64,000 nt of DNA from contig OY764216.1 of NCBI GenBank assembly GCA_963668315.1, forward strand, positions 4,032,001-4,096,000, read 5' to 3'. The position numbers were made by a program, and so were the translations under genes. This document shows, one piece after another, positions 28,651-38,308 of this stretch. How positions within the stretch are numbered: the first letter of the stretch is position 1; the number at the start of each line of letters is the position of its first letter. This DNA comes from Spirochaetia bacterium. GTDB taxonomy: Bacteria > Spirochaetota > Spirochaetia > DSM-2461. The notes beneath the pieces were generated by a model, which worked only from the letters and a program-made list of their open reading frames with translations, made no database searches and was not told the origin of the DNA.

Positions 28651-29522
28651 ATGCGCCGTTTTGATCTTTATAAGCGTGACAAAATCTATTATGCCCGTCT
28701 TTATAACCCGGAAACCAAACAAAGAACCCATGGAAGGTCGACGGGAAAGACAGATAGGGATGAAGCTGCCTACATTGCCATGAAGATGCTTTATGAAGGT
28801 ATACCATCTGGTAAGGATAAGAATCCTCGTGATCCGGTAGAATTCTTTTCCATTGATAATCTAATCTATCAACTTAACCATGCCCCTCTTACCCAAGATG
28901 ATCTACCTCGTATTCTAAACGCGTTGAAGAATCGAGGATTCATAGACTCAGCCAAGGTATCAAACCGAAACAATGAGACTCTCGTCTCTTTTCTACTAAG
29001 GTTCTGGGATTATGAGAAATCACCCTATATACAGGAACGCCTGGCTCATAAAAACCGAATAACAAAGAATCATGCCCAGAATAAAACAAACAACATTGAG
29101 AAGTACTGGAAGAAGTTTTTCAAGAAGACTCCCCTTCTCGATCTTACCAGACAGCAAATCAAAGATTTCCATATCTGGCTTGATAAACAATATAAGACAG
29201 ATTCAAATGGTAAGAGATTGGAAGGGAAATTGGCACCAGCCACCATGAATAATATTCTAAAGGCAGGAACCATAGCACTACGATGGGCCTTTCTGGAAAA
29301 GATCATTCCTGAAAATCCATGTGAAGGGATTTCGCTTTTCTCAGGCAAATCAGAAAAGAGAGGAATACTCTCCAATGAAGAAGTCAAGAAACTTTTCAGC
29401 AAAGGAAAATGGGTTGGAAATCCTGGAAACCGATTAGGAAATCTGGTTGCCATGCAGACCGGCTTAAGACAGGGAGAGATCGTTGCCCTCAAAGTCAAAG
29501 ATATTCGTCCAGATCGTCTTCT
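28651..29522 (+). pseudogene. Tyrosine integrase truncated by IS3
   Basis: Directly after tRNA-Gly; has TGLRQGEIVAL (catalytic Arg) but no HxxR or Tyr; frame runs into the IS terminal repeat and stops at 29544. Confidence 0.88.
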
Positions 29523-29549
29523 TGGCATTCCCCCAATAATGTAGACACT

Positions 29550-30443
29550 TTATTCCTTTAAATACTTTGTCTCATATTCCATGGGGCTTAGCTTTCCTAA
29601 ATGACCATGCCTTCTCTTCGGATTATAAAACAACTCGATATAATTGAAAATATCTTTTCTGGCATCCTCCCTGGTTTTATAGATTTTATTCTTAATTCTT
29701 TCCCTTTTCAGATTTGAAAAGAAAGATTCAATTACAGAATTATCCCAACAGTTACCCCTTCGGCTCATACTGGGGTCCAATTTGTGAAACTCACAAAAGT
29801 CTTCCCAATCCTTACTGGTAAATTGACAGCCCTGATCAGAGTGAATGAGAACAGGCTTCTTAGGATTTCTCCTTTTTACAGCCATAAATAAAGCGTCCAT
29901 GACTAAAGAAGCCTTCTGATGACAATTCATAGACCAACCGACAACCCCTCGATTGAACAGATCCAGAACAACGGCCAAGTACAACCATCCTTCATGAGTA
30001 CGGATATACGTGATATCAGTACACCACGCTTTATTGGGTTCTTCTACGGTGAACTCCCTATTCAGAATATTCTCCTGATAAACGTCTCCAGGAACCCAAG
30101 GTACATGATGCTTCTTTCTACGATAAGCACCTTTAATTCCTGCTTCTTTCATCAATTTGGCTATTCTGTTTACGCTATAGCTATATCCAGCATCTTTAAA
30201 ATCTTCATGGATATTTGGACTTCCATAGACTTGTCCACTCTCCTCCCAGTAAAAGCGAATCAATTCTGTGATCTTCTTATTCTCTGTGGTACGGGGAGAT
30301 TCTGGTTCTTTTATCCATCTGTAAAATCCAGAGGGCTGAACATTTAATACTCTACACATTGGTCTGACGGGAAAATTACATCTATGTTCTTTGATGAAGG
30401 CGTACTTTACTGGGCATCGCTCGCAAAGTACGCTGCCTTTTTT
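29550..30443 (-). CDS. IS3 transposase OrfB (DDE), reached by -1 frameshift from orfA
   Basis: WCTDITY, HSDQGCQF, DNSVIESFF..LKRE; -1 frame open back to the AAAAAAG site. Confidence 0.93.
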   Translation of the reverse strand, partial: KKGSVLCERCPVKYAFIKEHRCNFPVRPMCRVLNVQPSGFYRWIKEPESPRTTENKKITELIRFYWEESGQVYGSPNIHEDFKDAGYSYSVNRIAKLMKEAGIKGAYRRKKHHVPWVPGDVYQENILNREFTVEEPNKAWCTDITYIRTHEGWLYLAVVLDLFNRGVVGWSMNCHQKASLVMDALFMAVKRRNPKKPVLIHSDQGCQFTSKDWEDFCEFHKLDPSMSRRGNCWDNSVIESFFSNLKRERIKNKIYKTREDARKDIFNYIELFYNPKRRHGHLGKLSPMEYETKYLKE

Positions 30444-30691
30444 AGGATGTCACGCTCCATCTTCAATTTTCGGATTTCCGCCTTGAGCTTTTTGTTCTCT
30501 TCCTCTGTTTCTGAGAGCTTCTTTTTATCTTTTGATTCACCTGACTTCCAGCCTGCTTTTTTCAGCCAGGCATAAAGGGTGACATCACTGATCCCAATGG
30601 CTTTTGATACCTCAAGAACACTGTGTCCTTCTTCCATAACTAGCTTGATTGCTTCTGCTTTGAATTCCTCTGTATAAGGACTCGTTGACAT
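30407..30691 (-). CDS. IS3 transposase OrfA (HTH)
   Basis: YTEEFKAEAIKL..TLYAW..ERDILKKAA. Confidence 0.93.
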   Translation of the reverse strand: MSTSPYTEEFKAEAIKLVMEEGHSVLEVSKAIGISDVTLYAWLKKAGWKSGESKDKKKLSETEEENKKLKAEIRKLKMERDILKKAAYFASDAQ

Positions 30692-30795
30692 CTAAATACT
30701 CCTTAGTTTCTAAGTATATCAGGTGTCTACAATTTCGGGGGAATGCCAGAAGAAGAATACTTCCCCTCGCAGAGGATATCCTCACGTCATCTATG

Positions 30796-30853
30796 TTGAC
30801 ATATTTACAAATAATCAGTAGTATATCGCACGTAGTATTACTTTGTAATACTA
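30796..30853 (+). promoter_or_regulatory. Promoter with 9-3-9 palindromic operator (candidate metalloregulator site)
   Basis: TTGACA 30796-30801, 17 bp, TAGTAT 30819-30824; TAGTATTAC-TTT-GTAATACTA 30833-30853. Confidence 0.7.
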
Positions 30854-30873
30854 AAGTATTGTGAGGTCTCTAA

Positions 30874-31809
30874 GTGATTACATCATTCATTGAAGAATTT
30901 TCCCTATATTTCATTTCCCTTATACTGGAAGCCTCCGGATTCGTTTAGATTGGAAGCATAATAGGAAGCATTATTGACGAGTTTCTCCCGGAAGACACTA
31001 TCCCCCGACTAATGGGGGACAGGACTTTCGGATCGATTTTCATCGCCGGATTGATAGGTTTGATTCTTCCCATCTGTGAATGCGCCATCGTACCCATCGC
31101 AAAAAAGCTTATGCAAAAAGGGACTCCCCCCGCCGTGGCCATCACCTTTATGCTCGCCGTCCCCATCGTGAATTCCATAGTGAGCCTATCGACGTTCGTG
31201 GCTTTTTCTTCGAACTTCCCAATAGTTCTTATCCGCCTCTTTTCCGGTTATATTCTCTCCATCCTCATAGGAATGATTTTCCTTTCCCCCCTGAAGAAAA
31301 ACAGGGACCGTTTCATTCTCTCCGCAGACAATCGCCACAGCGGATGCTGCTGTTCCCATCACCATCAAGGTGCAATATCCCTGAAAGAGAAATTAGGACA
31401 TATGGCCATCCATACGTGGATAGAGTTTTCCGGAGCCGCCGGCTATCTGTTCATCGGAGCGGGCATAGCGGCCTTTTTCCATTGTTCCGTCCCCATGGGG
31501 CTACTCGACGTATTCAACCGCTTTCCCGGAGGGGATAAGCTTTTCATGATGGCATCCGCATTAATTCTAAACCTCTGCAGCGAAGCGGATGCTTTTGTCG
31601 CCAGAAGCTACTCCGTTCATTTTTCTCCTTCCGCCCTGATGGCGTTTATGGTACTGGGTCCTATGCTGGATATAAAACTACTGGCCATGTATAGAACCAT
31701 CTTCAAACCGCGGATGATCATTATCCTTGCCATAACGATCTTTCTATCAGTCTTCCTATGGATTTCCCTACTCGATGCAGCCGGTATTTTCCGGGGGGTA
31801 TCTCAATGA
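30874..31809 (+). pseudogene. DUF318/ArsP-like permease (YcgR-like) with in-frame TAG at codon 25
   Basis: GAGG RBS + GTG 30874; MITSFIEEFSLYFISLILEASGFV*IGSIIG continues in frame into ORF 31012; motifs PICEC, CSEADAF, GPMLDIK. Confidence 0.75.
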
Positions 31810-32543
31810 AAAAAAACTATTTTCCTATCCATCTGCTGATGGCCAGCATCGGCGGACTCTTCTGGGGAACCCTCTGCCGAAGAGACTCCGGACGCTGCCT
31901 GGCTGAAAAGTTTATCCATCCCCGATTCCTCTGGATTCCCTATCTTACCTTGTTCATCTTTCTGGCCATTACTTTGTATTTTTTACACCTCGCCTTTTCG
32001 GGTAGAACAGTAGAAATATTAACTCCGCCTCCCTGGTTTCTCTTAATTCCCCTGCTGCTTCTTCACCCGGCCCTGAAAGCCCAGCCGGGTTCCGACGCGG
32101 TAAAAAGGCGGGGCGACGAAACCGTTCTGACCGAGACAAACGGAGAAACGACTATTCAAAATCCGACTTTCAAATCACAATTTCCCCTGGCCCCCAAAGT
32201 CTATTCCGACGGATTGAACCATATTTCCCATATTGTCATGAACGATCAGACCTATCAGGGCGAGGAAGTGGAAATCATCGGACAGGCGGCTTTTTCAGAT
32301 CGGTTGCCCGAAGGGGCCTTCTATCTATTCCGCTTTATTATCATTTGTTGCGCCGCCGACGCCGTTCCCACCGGTTTGATCGTGACAGGTTATGATGGGG
32401 AGGACATTAAAGAGGACGGGTGGTATAGGGTAAAGGGAAAAGTCGGATATCTTGATGTGGAAGGAAAGGAGTACGTCTCCCTGGATGTCAAAGAAATCAT
32501 ACCTGCGGATACTCCGGATTTTCCCTACGAGAATTTGAATTAA
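31806..32543 (+). CDS. TIGR03943/DUF1980 (YcgQ-like) permease partner
   Basis: FIHPR and RFIIICCAADA motifs; ATGA overlap with the permease stop. Confidence 0.85.
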   Translation: MKKNYFPIHLLMASIGGLFWGTLCRRDSGRCLAEKFIHPRFLWIPYLTLFIFLAITLYFLHLAFSGRTVEILTPPPWFLLIPLLLLHPALKAQPGSDAVKRRGDETVLTETNGETTIQNPTFKSQFPLAPKVYSDGLNHISHIVMNDQTYQGEEVEIIGQAAFSDRLPEGAFYLFRFIIICCAADAVPTGLIVTGYDGEDIKEDGWYRVKGKVGYLDVEGKEYVSLDVKEIIPADTPDFPYENLN

Positions 32544-32714
32544 TACCTCGTATAACGAGGTAAATGCTATAAAGTATGGGTTATATTTATGAGATATAGT
32601 GCTGTTGATTTTAGATTTCTATAAGCATTTAATCTATTCAAGCGGAAAGTTATTCACTACTTTTTCAGTAGTATATATAGCCACGGACGGGATTTCGGTG
32701 ATAAACTACAACCT

Positions 32715-33059
32715 ATGGGCTATTTCCGCTTATTAACAACCTGCCTGCTTCTCTTCTCACTTGAAGGAATATATTCATCGGGTAATCCCATGCCCTGCGG
32801 GATGTCCTCTTCCGGGTTAATGGAAAACATTCTCTCCGATGACATGTGCATCCATTGTTTCTCAGAGGCCCGGGTGAACAGCCCCACTTCAGAAATATAC
32901 CCTTCGAGTCAATTCCAGACGAAATCTCCCTGTCATTTCTATTACCCTAAATCAATATTTCCCCAGGGGGGATATCCTCAGGCCGCCAAAGAGATCACCA
33001 CAGATTCCTTCCATTTTACCATTCCCATCATCATTAGAAACTGTACCTGGAGAATTTGA
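32715..33059 (+). CDS. Small Cys-containing exported protein, candidate leader peptide
   Basis: Signal-like N-terminus, CIHC, C-terminus IIIRNCTWRI; 47 bp upstream of a metal-binding gene. Confidence 0.55.
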   Translation: MGYFRLLTTCLLLFSLEGIYSSGNPMPCGMSSSGLMENILSDDMCIHCFSEARVNSPTSEIYPSSQFQTKSPCHFYYPKSIFPQGGYPQAAKEITTDSFHFTIPIIIRNCTWRI

Positions 33060-33106
33060 GCCTCCCCTTTTCCCTCGAAAAATAAAAAATATCACGGAGC
33101 TCATTT

Positions 33107-34873
33107 ATGATAGATCAAAGCAAATCAAGAAAATTCTTCAGAATTTCCGGGATGACCTGCCGGAAATGTGAAACAAGGATTGAAAGCGGTATTAAGCCCA
33201 TTCCCTCCGTCACGCACTGTCAGGCGGATTACGTCAAGGGAATTCTCCAAATCGATTACGAAGGAGAATCATTAAGGGCGAAAGAGATTCTTGCCGCCCT
33301 GTCCGATGCCGGATATGAAGGGGTGGAAATAGGCCGGCTGAGAAAAATATGCCGGGAGATAGTGCCGCTCATTATCACAGGCATTGTCATTTTCATTTTA
33401 TATAGGGCAGGCAAAATGACAGGATGGCTCAATAAAATTCCGGAAATCAGGGAAGATATGAGCTACCCCTTTCTTTTTATCATCGGTCTTCTGACATCCC
33501 TGCACTGCCTGGGTATGTGCGGAGGAATAAATCTGACCCAGTCCGGATTGAAATCCCGAGAAACGGACAGACGTGGCCCAGTCAGAAGAAGCCTGAATTA
33601 TAATACGGGGAGGATTGTATCCTATACGCTGCTGGGGGGAATCGTGGGCGGCCTGGGTTCCGTCCTCTATCTCTCCTTGACGATGCAGACCGTAATAAGC
33701 ATCGCCGCGGGTGCTTTGATGATCATCATGGGCCTTAACATGCTGGGTCTGCTCTCGGCCCTGAAGATTCTCATCCCCGTACTTCCCGCATCCCTTTCGA
33801 TAAAAATCAGCCGACAACGGGGAAAGGCAAGTCCCTTTCTCGTGGGGGTGCTGAACGGTTTCATGCCCTGCGGTCCCCTGCAGTCCATGCAGATCTACGC
33901 CCTGTCCACGGGAAGTATTCTGAAGGGGGCCCTATCCATGTTCCTTTTCAGTGCGGGGACGGTACCCCTCATGTTCGCCTTCGGTTCTTTCAGCCTTTTT
34001 TTCAACCGCCGCCGGCAGAAGAACGTCATGAGAGTAAGCGCCCTGCTGATTGTTATCCTCGGATGGGGTATGATTAGCCGAGGATTGAACCTTAACGGGG
34101 TTTCCTTGATTCCCCGTTCTTCTGAAGAAGTCGTAGAAGGAGCCGCTGTCGCCCGGATAGAGGGAGATGTTCAGATTGTCAATTCAAAGGTGTCCCCTTC
34201 TTCCTATGAACCGATTATTGTACAGGCAGGCATACCGGTGAGATGGAATATTGAGGCCGGTCCGGGAGATATCACGGGATGCAACAACGCCATTGTCTCC
34301 AGGGATTTCGGGATCAGACAGAAACTTTCCGAGGGCTCCACTCTCATAGAATTCACACCGGAGGAAGGGGGAAACTTCGGGTTTACATGCTGGATGGGCA
34401 TGATCAGCTCCCGTATTCTGGTAGTCGAGGATCTCACAGCTTTCGATCCGGAACTGCTCAATTCACCTCCCGACTCAGAGCCGGCCCGGGTAAATATAAA
34501 GATACCGGATTACGAAGCGGAAAACATCGGCTATTCGGAAGTATCCGGCGAGGAACAGTCGGCTGTCATAAATATAGACGAAAGTGGATTCAGCCCTTCC
34601 ATAATCGTCATGGAGCGGAACAGAAAGATGACCTGGGTCTTCAATACGGGAGAAACGGATGAGATAAATCGCAGACTGATCTTCCCTTCCTATAATGCAC
34701 AAATCGATTTGACCGGTAACGACAGCCAAACCATAGAGCTTTTCCCAGAAGGGGATTTTTACTTTTACTCCTGGAAAGGGGATTTTCTGGGATTCGTCAT
34801 CACCGTGGAGGATCTGGACAGCGTATCCGATGAGGAAATACTCAAAAGAATCGCTTCCTACCTCAGCGAATAA
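33107..34873 (+). CDS. HMA + DsbD_2/TauE-like membrane + cupredoxin-like multidomain protein
   Basis: GMTCRKC (HMA), TSLHCLGMCGG, FMPCGPLQ, GCNN...FTCWMGM. Confidence 0.88.
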   Translation: MIDQSKSRKFFRISGMTCRKCETRIESGIKPIPSVTHCQADYVKGILQIDYEGESLRAKEILAALSDAGYEGVEIGRLRKICREIVPLIITGIVIFILYRAGKMTGWLNKIPEIREDMSYPFLFIIGLLTSLHCLGMCGGINLTQSGLKSRETDRRGPVRRSLNYNTGRIVSYTLLGGIVGGLGSVLYLSLTMQTVISIAAGALMIIMGLNMLGLLSALKILIPVLPASLSIKISRQRGKASPFLVGVLNGFMPCGPLQSMQIYALSTGSILKGALSMFLFSAGTVPLMFAFGSFSLFFNRRRQKNVMRVSALLIVILGWGMISRGLNLNGVSLIPRSSEEVVEGAAVARIEGDVQIVNSKVSPSSYEPIIVQAGIPVRWNIEAGPGDITGCNNAIVSRDFGIRQKLSEGSTLIEFTPEEGGNFGFTCWMGMISSRILVVEDLTAFDPELLNSPPDSEPARVNIKIPDYEAENIGYSEVSGEEQSAVINIDESGFSPSIIVMERNRKMTWVFNTGETDEINRRLIFPSYNAQIDLTGNDSQTIELFPEGDFYFYSWKGDFLGFVITVEDLDSVSDEEILKRIASYLSE

Positions 34874-34936
34874 TCGGCTGGTTCTTTCTTTCCCTTTTTA
34901 CTCCATTACTATAGTATACTGCTCATAGATGAGGAG

Positions 34937-35440
34937 ATGTATATGGAAAGGACCTATTGCGCCATCGATTTTGAAACCGCCTGCAACCACCGGGCCAGCG
35001 CCTGCGCCATCGGCGCGGCCCGCATCCGAAACGGCACAGTCGGGGAATCCTTCTATTCCCTGATAAAACCGCCGAAAGGAATGGAAATCCTTCCCTTTTT
35101 CACGTCAATCCACGGAATCAGCATGGACCAGGTGGATAGGGCTCCCACCTTCGCCGAACTCTGGCCTGCCCTGAAAGCTTTTCTGGGGAATGATATCCTG
35201 ATTGCCCACAATGCGGCCTTCGACTCCGGAGTGTTTCAGGCTGTTCTCATGCATTATGAGATTCCCGACAGACTTCCCCTCTTCGAATGCACCTTGAATA
35301 TGGCCCGCCGCCGGTGGCCGGAGCTTGCCAATCATCGCCTCGATACTCTCTGCGAATATCTCGGGATAGAGCTCGACCATCACGAAGCTTTGAGCGATGC
35401 CATAGGGTGTGCGAAAATATTCCTGGCCTCTTCCCTCTGA
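34937..35440 (+). CDS. DEDDh 3'-5' exonuclease (DnaQ-like)
   Basis: AIDFETA, AHNAAFD, HHEALSDA. Confidence 0.92.
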   Translation: MYMERTYCAIDFETACNHRASACAIGAARIRNGTVGESFYSLIKPPKGMEILPFFTSIHGISMDQVDRAPTFAELWPALKAFLGNDILIAHNAAFDSGVFQAVLMHYEIPDRLPLFECTLNMARRRWPELANHRLDTLCEYLGIELDHHEALSDAIGCAKIFLASSL

Positions 35441-35446
35441 ACCGTA

Positions 35447-36583
35447 TCAGTCCGGCCTGTAAATCCGGGGGACCCTTGACGTTATGGTGGAGACAATTTC
35501 GTAGTTTATGGTCCCCGTCAATTCGGCCAGTTCATCAACGGAAAGGGCTGCGTCTCCCTGTTCTCCGAAAAGAATGACCTCATCCCCCACTTCTACGTCC
35601 CCGATATGTCCCACGTCAATCATGGTCAGGTCCATACAGACTCTGCCGACTACCGGAGCCTTTTCGCCTCTAACGAGCATAACGCCCTTTGAGGAGAGAA
35701 GCCGGCTGTATCCATCGGCATACCCGACAGATACGGTGGCGATCTTCGTCGGCCTTTCCGTCACATAGGTACTGCCGTAGCTGATCTTAAAATCACCGGG
35801 TACATCTTTTAAGTGGATGATCTTCCCTTTCAGAGTCATCACCGGCTTAAGGGGTACGATCGACATATCGACTTCGGGAGAAGGGGCCAGACCGTAAAGG
35901 ATGATCCCCGGCCTGACCATATCCAGATGGGTCTCGGCCATTTCCAGTGTCGCGGCGCTGTTGGCGGCATGGCGGATGGGAATTCTCAATCCCCTCTCCT
36001 CCAGCCGGTCCAGCACTTTCTTGAAGAAGGCGAACTGCTCCCGGGCATGGGTCTTATCAAAGGAGTCGGCATTGGCAAAATGGGTGTAGATCCCTTCCAG
36101 ATTTAATCCGGGCAGTTCGTGTATTCTGAGGACATCGGAGACGATATCATCTACCGAATCCCCCTGCAGACCTACGCGGCCCATTCCCGAATCGATTTTG
36201 ACATGCACCGTGATTCTCTTCCGGAGGGATGCGGCCGCTTCGGAAAGCCTTTGCGCCTCCTCCAGGGAGTTGACCGCGGGAGTCAGGTCATGCTCGGCCA
36301 TCACCACAGCCTGGGAAGGCGGGGTATGGCCGAACATCAAAATAGGGGCTGTGATACCGGCCTTACGCAGACCGACCGCCTCGGAGAGTCGGGCAACGGT
36401 CAGAAAATCCGCTCCGTTCTCCAGGGCTGTCCGGGCGATGCGGACGGCCCCGTGACCGTAGGCATCGGCCTTCACGACGGCGGCCAGCTTCACTCCGGGC
36501 CCGACATGGGCCTTGAGATTCTGCACATTGTTTTTTAAAGCGGACAAATCAATATCCGCCTGAATAACATGTTCTGCTTCCAT
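35447..36583 (-). CDS. alr: Alanine racemase
   Basis: VVKADAYGHG (PLP Lys), KIDSGMGRVG, SYG, GYADG, GRVCMD, TINYE. Confidence 0.96.
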   Translation of the reverse strand: MEAEHVIQADIDLSALKNNVQNLKAHVGPGVKLAAVVKADAYGHGAVRIARTALENGADFLTVARLSEAVGLRKAGITAPILMFGHTPPSQAVVMAEHDLTPAVNSLEEAQRLSEAAASLRKRITVHVKIDSGMGRVGLQGDSVDDIVSDVLRIHELPGLNLEGIYTHFANADSFDKTHAREQFAFFKKVLDRLEERGLRIPIRHAANSAATLEMAETHLDMVRPGIILYGLAPSPEVDMSIVPLKPVMTLKGKIIHLKDVPGDFKISYGSTYVTERPTKIATVSVGYADGYSRLLSSKGVMLVRGEKAPVVGRVCMDLTMIDVGHIGDVEVGDEVILFGEQGDAALSVDELAELTGTINYEIVSTITSRVPRIYRPD

Positions 36584-36589
36584 GGAGAA

Positions 36590-37450
36590 TTAAACCGCAG
36601 CGGCTTCTTTTACGGCATTCCCATAGGCCGTGGTTAATTCATTGAAAGATTCGATGATTCCCCTGGTCTTGGCGCCGGGTTTTCCGCTGCCAATGACAAG
36701 ATCGTCAATTTTGACGACAGGAACGACCTCTTTGTTGGAAGCGGTAATAAAGATCTCTTCGAAATCCTTCAGTTCCTCTTTTTTGATATCCCGGATCTCC
36801 ACTTCATAGGAATCCTTTACCATATCGAGAAGAACATTTCTGGTTACACCGCCCAGGATGTCCTTGCCGGGAGTCACGATTTTATTGCCGATAATGCCGA
36901 AGATATTGGTGGTGGTTCCTTCCAGGACACGATTGTTCCTGTCGACATAGACCGCTTCAACGCAGTCGGCGTTCTGGGCTTTCTGACCGGCCATGACGGC
37001 ATTCAGGTAGTTGATGCTCTTCGCTTCGGGCAGGTACCGTTCGACACCGATGGTCATGATGGAGACTCCGTCGGTATACCACCACGCGGGGCAGGCATGC
37101 TTATGGGTGACCATAACAATCAGTTTTCCCTTTCCTTCGGGAAGTACGCCGCTGGAGCTTTCTCCACCGGTGACTACGATACGGATATTGGCTTCTTCGA
37201 GATCGGGATTTTTATCCATGGTATCGTTCACAGCCTGGGCGATCTCTTCATCGCTCCACTTGAGATCAAGACCGATTATATTGCAGGAATTCCTCAGTCT
37301 TTTGATATGATCTTCCAGATGAAAGGGACGTCTGTTATAGGTTCTCATAAAATCGAATGCACCGTAACCGCGCAGAACGGCAATGTCTTTTGCCGAAACC
37401 ATAGCTTCATTTTCAGGAACGAATTTTCCGTCAACATAGTAAATATCCAT
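36590..37450 (-). CDS. Fold-type IV aminotransferase, likely D-amino-acid transaminase
   Basis: LRGYGAFDFMR (R27), NIRIVVTGG (R90), EAKSINY (PLP Lys), ILGGVTR; lacks the BCAT YGxxxFEG pattern. Confidence 0.8.
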   Translation of the reverse strand: MDIYYVDGKFVPENEAMVSAKDIAVLRGYGAFDFMRTYNRRPFHLEDHIKRLRNSCNIIGLDLKWSDEEIAQAVNDTMDKNPDLEEANIRIVVTGGESSSGVLPEGKGKLIVMVTHKHACPAWWYTDGVSIMTIGVERYLPEAKSINYLNAVMAGQKAQNADCVEAVYVDRNNRVLEGTTTNIFGIIGNKIVTPGKDILGGVTRNVLLDMVKDSYEVEIRDIKKEELKDFEEIFITASNKEVVPVVKIDDLVIGSGKPGAKTRGIIESFNELTTAYGNAVKEAAAV

Positions 37451-37452
37451 CT

Positions 37453-38307
37453 TTATACCTCCGAGCTGGATCTGTTTCTTAATCTTTCAATATCATCTTT
37501 CTGCTGGCGCAGAATATTAACCGCTTCTTCCCGTGTGATTTTCTTAAAATGCAGTTTCTGTCCGGGCATATACTGGCCCAGAAGATCCGTATCGGCAGAA
37601 ATCACATTAAATATCCGGGGGTACCCCCCCACCGTCTGCCTGTGCTTCAGCAGAATGATAGGCCCCTTCGGCGTTAACTGAACCGTTCCGGTGGCCACCG
37701 CTTCGGAGACCATGTTCCCCAGGGAGACGCTCAGCCGGACATCGGGATTTTCCAGACGCATTCCCATATCGCTTGTATCGCCCGATATGGTCCAGGACGT
37801 ATTCAGAAAGAGCTCCTTATCGGCCAGGAAGGAGTATTCCGGTCCTTCCACGACGCGGATATATCCTTCCGGATCGGGCCAGGTCGCCAGATCACCGAAG
37901 GCTCCCCTTTCCCGGCCTGCCGGGGACTCCGAAAAAGCCTTGCCGGCGGCCCGGTAACAGAGATAGGTTCTGAATCCGTAATGCCTCTCGCCAAAGGAGA
38001 GGACCGATCCCTTCCCGGCCGCATAAACTGTTCCGTGGTCTATTTTTATTGTTCCTCCGGGACCTTTCAGGGTAACGCCGCAGTAGGCCGAACCGGTCAG
38101 GACAAAGCAGCCATCCTCTTCAAACTCCAGAGAAGGGGGAAAGAGGATTTCCAGAGCCGGAGCATCGGGAGGATTCCCCAGAAGGATGTTTCCCGTCTGC
38201 AACGCAAACAGGTCCATGGCACCTCCCGGTGTTATTCCCACATCCTGATTGCCGAAGGAAGGGAGAGAAACCCTTTTACATAATCCCTGCTGGACCGTCT
38301 TGAACAT
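37453..38307 (-). CDS. pxpC: 5-oxoprolinase subunit C (AHS2/KipA family)
   Basis: GITPGGAMD..GNILLGN..LEI, SDMGMRL, GTVQL..QTVGGYPRI; start reassigned to MFKTV at 38307. Confidence 0.88.
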   Translation of the reverse strand: MFKTVQQGLCKRVSLPSFGNQDVGITPGGAMDLFALQTGNILLGNPPDAPALEILFPPSLEFEEDGCFVLTGSAYCGVTLKGPGGTIKIDHGTVYAAGKGSVLSFGERHYGFRTYLCYRAAGKAFSESPAGRERGAFGDLATWPDPEGYIRVVEGPEYSFLADKELFLNTSWTISGDTSDMGMRLENPDVRLSVSLGNMVSEAVATGTVQLTPKGPIILLKHRQTVGGYPRIFNVISADTDLLGQYMPGQKLHFKKITREEAVNILRQQKDDIERLRNRSSSEV

Positions 38308-38308
38308 A

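Larger units (their letters stand above)
29523..30748 (-). mobile_element. IS3-family insertion sequence (1226 bp)
   Basis: TG...CA ends; 26-bp terminal inverted repeats 29523-29548 and 30723-30748 (23/26 match); orfA/orfB with A6G slippery site at ~30437-30443. Confidence 0.96.

Noticed and set aside
30946..30948. Pyrrolysine or stop-codon reassignment
   Set aside because: An isolated case; TAG terminates other genes in the window and no pyl genes are present here.
28530..35440. Intact prophage or ICE at tRNA-Gly
   Set aside because: The integrase is truncated, there are no phage or conjugation genes, and no second att copy was seen.
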